Assembly (NCBI RefSeq): GCF_004010195.1
Contig: NW_025215142.1
Location: forward strand, 26,359-66,672
Direction of reading: 5' to 3'
Origin: Chiloscyllium plagiosum
Taxonomy: Eukaryota
DNA: 40,314 nt
A program made the position numbers and the translations under genes. Shown here piece after piece: positions 37,042-40,314 of the stretch. Positions within the stretch are counted from its first letter, which is position 1; the number at the start of each line of letters is the position of its first letter. The notes beneath the pieces were generated by a model that did not search any database, was not told the origin of the DNA, and saw only the letters and a list, made by a program, of their open reading frames with translations.

Positions 37042-37076
37042 CACTAGCTTTCAGAGCGCCGCTCCTTCATCAGGTG
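37042..37076 (-). ncRNA. Minimal type I hammerhead ribozyme motif (Penelope-associated)
   Basis: Minus strand cac-CTGATGA-a-ggagc(ggc)gctct-GAAA-gc-TA-gtg: palindromic AGCT stem III, UA cleavage site. Confidence 0.68.
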
Positions 37077-37469
37077 ACAGTGGAGGACACACGTCTAAGG
37101 CACAGAATCTATGGCAAAAATTTACAGTGTGATGTAACTGAAATTATACATTGAAAAATACCTTGATTGTCTGTTGAGTCTTTCATCTGTTCGAATATCA
37201 TGATAGTTTCATTTCTTTCATGTGTAAATTACAAAACCTTTTTCTTTTAAAGTTGCATTCCCAGGTTAGCAATAACAACGAGTATTAGTTAGACAATATT
37301 TTGAAGGTGTTAGCACCTGTGTTCTCTGTCTATACCATGATGTTTAGATTGATTCTAATCTGAACAGTGAGATAACGGAGTTTTACATGAATTCATGCAG
37401 TTTTTGAGCTCTGAGTTCTACATGAATGAATGCAGTTTTTGAGCAAAGTACAACATAATTCTGCAAGTA

Positions 37470-37565
37470 TGGGTGGGTGCTGGATGGGTGTTTAAGCTAG
37501 GACAACTGTTCGGCACACCATCGTGGGCCGAAGGGCTTGTTCTGTGCTGTATTGTTCTATGTTCT
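37470..37565 (+). mobile_element. Tail-only CR1 insertion with 5-bp TSD
   Basis: ...gtgggccgaagggcttgttctgtgctgtattgttctatgttct flanked by AAGTA at 37465-37469 and 37566-37570. Confidence 0.8.
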
Positions 37566-37599
37566 AAGTACAAATTCACCCCACAAAATATATTTGTGC

Positions 37600-37955
37600 A
37601 TGTGGGTCTTTGTCTGTTTGTCTGTGTGTGTTTGTCTTGGTTGAGGGTTGTGAGTGTTAGAGGGAGTGTATATGTGTGTGTAGTGATGTAGGGTGTCTTA
37701 AGTCTGTGAGGGGGTGCATATGTGAGTGTGGGAGTGTGTGTGCGTGTCTGGGGTGGGGGGTTTGTGTATCAGTGAGAGAGAGTGTATATGTGTGTGCATG
37801 AGTGTAGAGTGGTCTAAGTCTCTGAGCGGATGCCTGTGAGAGTGTGTGTGTCTGTAAGGGTGTGTGTGTGTCTGTGTGCGTGCCTGTGTACATATATGTC
37901 CGTATGTATTTGTGTGTATAGGAGTGCCTCTGTGTGTGTGAGTGTGTGTGTGTGT
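37600..37955. repeat. Degenerate (TG)n low-complexity tract
   Basis: Direct inspection. Confidence 0.9.
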
Positions 37956-38402
37956 ATAGTGCAATGGTGGTCACCTGCAATGTAACATGTATCCAAAGCC
38001 CCAGTTGAGGCCCTCCCTATCGGTACCGAAATTTGTTATCAGCCTCTGCTCGGCCACTTTTCACTGCTGCCTGTCCTGAATTCCGCCTTGAAGGATGGTC
38101 ACCAGAAGATCCGAAGTTGAAGATCCTGGACCACTGAAGTGTTCCCCAACTGGAGGGAACACTCCTGTCTATTGATTGTTGTGCAGTGCCCATTCATCCG
38201 TTGTCTTAGCCTTTGCTCAGTTTCCGAGTGTTTGTTCAATGACTGCGATTAATGCCAATCTCCATGGATTCTAATTATCCCAGTGGAGTGTTTCCATCTT
38301 TTACTGATAAATGGGCGCCGTTCAATGTGTTATCCCGTAACGTGAGCGGGAGCATCACCGACACCACTGTCAGGGAACAGCAGACCCAGAGAGAGGGGGA
38401 GG

Positions 38403-38540
38403 AGAGATCAGTGTCTGAGATCATTAGACTGGAATGTTCCAACAATGGATCAGAATCTGAGAACATTAGACTGGAATGTTCCAGAAATGTATCAGAATCT
38501 GGGAACATTAGACTGGAATGTTCCAACAATAGACAAGAGT
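38403..38540 (+). repeat. 42-bp (14-aa) tandem repeat, three full units plus a partial one, overlapping the GPCR start
   Basis: RDQCLRSLDWNVPT / MDQNLRTLDWNVPE / MYQNLGTLDWNVPT / IDKS. Confidence 0.93.
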
Positions 38541-38664
38541 TTATCCTATTATGTTTGGCGTCTTTCTGCATTTTATCGGTTGTCATTATCATCGCGGATC
38601 TATTACACCCTTCTCATTATTCAATATATTTATTATCCTTTCCTGGCTATCGTTGGTGTTCCTG
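38445..38664 (+). CDS. First coding exon of a class A orphan GPCR, GPR139/GPR142-like (N-terminus and TM1); remainder not found in the window
   Basis: Strong Kozak context acaATGg; 73 codons ending in hydrophobic IIQYIYYPFLAIVGVP, resembling TM1 (YYxxLxxxGxPxN) of GPR139/142-type receptors; consensus phase-1 donor CTG|GTAAGT at 38665, just before the expected TM1 Asn. Family assignment is from recall. Confidence 0.8.
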
Positions 38665-39439
38665 GTAAGTGTCACTGTCCAGATGTTTTTGTTCTATAAA
38701 CCGGTTATGTCTGTATTACTGTTCTTTCACATAGTCTACACTTTTTGTCACTTTTGTTTGTTGAAACTCTCATTCCATATATTCACTCTACAGACCACTA
38801 CTAGCTACATCAATGAATGTGTTCAATGACTGTCTCCCTCTCTGAGCTGGCATTGTTCCTCTCTATGTTGACCAACTCAGTTCCAGCGGAGAACTACAAT
38901 TTACTGTATATTTGCCTTTGTTATTTAAATATTAAGAGCAGGGAGGTCACTCTCTACTGTCCTGGTTACAAACCCCACTTCCTTCCACTGTTTACATTTC
39001 ATCCCTGGCCAATATCTACGACTGAAGCAGACAATTCACAACTGTGGGAGATCCCTTTGAACATGAGCTGATTCATGACACCATACCCTGACTTGAAATA
39101 CTCACCACTCCAGAATATATATGACTGGTTTAGTCCATCTGCTGTTTGAACCTTGAGCTATGAAATACAGGCTTAATGAAGCCAATAACCTGCTGCTGAC
39201 CCTCCCGGCTTCACAACTGCTGAAGCAAATCTGATTCGACCTCACAGCAAACTCCCATCCATCTGTCATTCATGTGCAAGCCGAGTATATTGCTTTTGTG
39301 TCTGGCAATGCCTTTATTTTAACATTCTCAAACACATTACCTCATCTGTCCATGAGACTTTCCTCATTCTCTCTGTTGATTAACAAAAAGCTTGCCAGTT
39401 GTTCGTATTTAAAATCATTTCCTTCATGTGCGTTCCTTC

Positions 39440-40000
39440 TCAAACAATGAGGGTCACTGTTTCATTCAGCTTCTATGATCCAGAACTTTCCAGGCAGGAC
39501 GAGGTGACATATCCATCATCTCCCAGTATCTCAACATCAATGTCACCATTCCGTGATGGAGGATATATGTAGTGGATAAGGTAAAAACATTGTTTCTCCC
39601 TCAGCAGGGAGCTGCTTGGTGTATCCAGTGTAGTGGGATTCCCGATCGTGTACATGGCATCTGCAGAGTACCCATGTCAATGGGGAGAGGGAGAGGAACT
39701 GAAGGAACTCTCTCTCTATTAATGTTACAGTGTGCCCATGCACAGTGCATCATGTTGGTGAATACCCACTGTCTTGGCAGCAGTCACGGCCTCTTCATTC
39801 AGAAGCAGTCAGCCATTCCCATCGTGATCGGGTCTCCACGTGGAAAGAAATGAATATATCTTGGATGAAGGCCGTCCCCTTGATGCACGTTTCAAAACAC
39901 CATCCCCACCACCAATCAACCACATAAAAGTATTCCATGTGTACAGAGAGCAATGGGGTCACTTGGAGTGTCTGGGAGCTGACGATCAGGGATGGAGAAA
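39440..40000 (+). pseudogene. Decayed PIF/Harbinger (HARBI1-like) DDE transposase in the GPCR intron
   Basis: Frameshifted motifs in the expected order: SRTFQAGRGDISIISQ, GFPIV, THV, SINV, IMLVNTHCLGSSHGLFIQKQSAIP, then a GDxxYPL-like remnant (cttggatgaaggccgtccccttg). Confidence 0.7.
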
Positions 40001-40219
40001 AACTTCCCATGTCTGAACGGATCTGAGTGAACCCCCCAGTACCACTCAGTCCTGTAATCCCTCTCCATTTCAGTAACATATGGAATGACAGGTTATATCA
40101 TGTTAAATTCCACCTACCAAACTATTATCTATTGTCTTTACCTCTCTGAATCTATTTGCAGACTCTCCACCCTTTCTTGATAATTTAATCTCTTGCTTAT
40201 CACAGCGACATAACAATTA

Positions 40220-40314
40220 TTTGAAGAGGTGACAAGTAGGTTAGAACAGGGAAACCCAGTGGATGTGGTCTATCTCGACTACCAAAAGGCCTTTGATAAG
40301 GTGCCGCACGGGAG
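40220..40314 (+). mobile_element. Start of a 5'-truncated CR1 RT, runs off the right edge
   Basis: FEEVTSRLEQGNPVDVVYLDYQKAFDKVPHG. Confidence 0.9.

Larger units (their letters stand above)
36950..38228 (-). mobile_element. Penelope-like element (second family), 5'-truncated, with (TG)-rich 3' region
   Basis: Minus strand ETEQRLRQRMNGH...EHFSGPG...DLLVTILQGG...AEQRLI...GLN is a GIY-YIG C-terminus; the terminal segment matches 10462-10582. Confidence 0.85.

Noticed and set aside
37657..37996. His/Thr-rich ORFs
   Set aside because: They are translations of (CA)n low-complexity sequence.
38403..38540. CRISPR-like regular repeats (also 4690-4852 and 33097-33365)
   Set aside because: These are head-to-tail tandem units without unique spacers, with no cas genes and in a vertebrate-type context.
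38252..38668. 138-aa ORF with IRLECS repeats and a hydrophobic stretch
   Set aside because: It is an alternative frame of the 42-bp repeat; the 38445 frame has the Kozak ATG, TM1 motif and matching splice donor.

Overview
Eukaryotic, repeat-dominated genomic DNA with assembly gaps. The HE1/V-SINE-type SINEs, CR1 tails and Penelope termini suggest a cartilaginous fish such as a shark; this is inferred from recalled repeat families, not from a database search. Most of the window is decayed transposons: many CR1 LINEs (several nested), one L1-clade LINE with both termini and an apparent 11-bp TSD but no ORF1, tRNA-derived SINEs, two Penelope-like elements carrying minimal hammerhead ribozyme motifs, a MULE transposase remnant between ~80-bp inverted repeats, a decayed Harbinger transposase and two LTR-like segments. 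The only host gene I can support is the first coding exon (38445-38664, +) of a GPR139/GPR142-like class A GPCR with a 14-aa N-terminal tandem repeat; its later exon(s) were not found in the window. Almost all other listed ORFs are TE fragments, antisense frames or gap artefacts. TE boundaries are approximate. I found no clear evidence of a wholly new system; the best leads are listed as findings.
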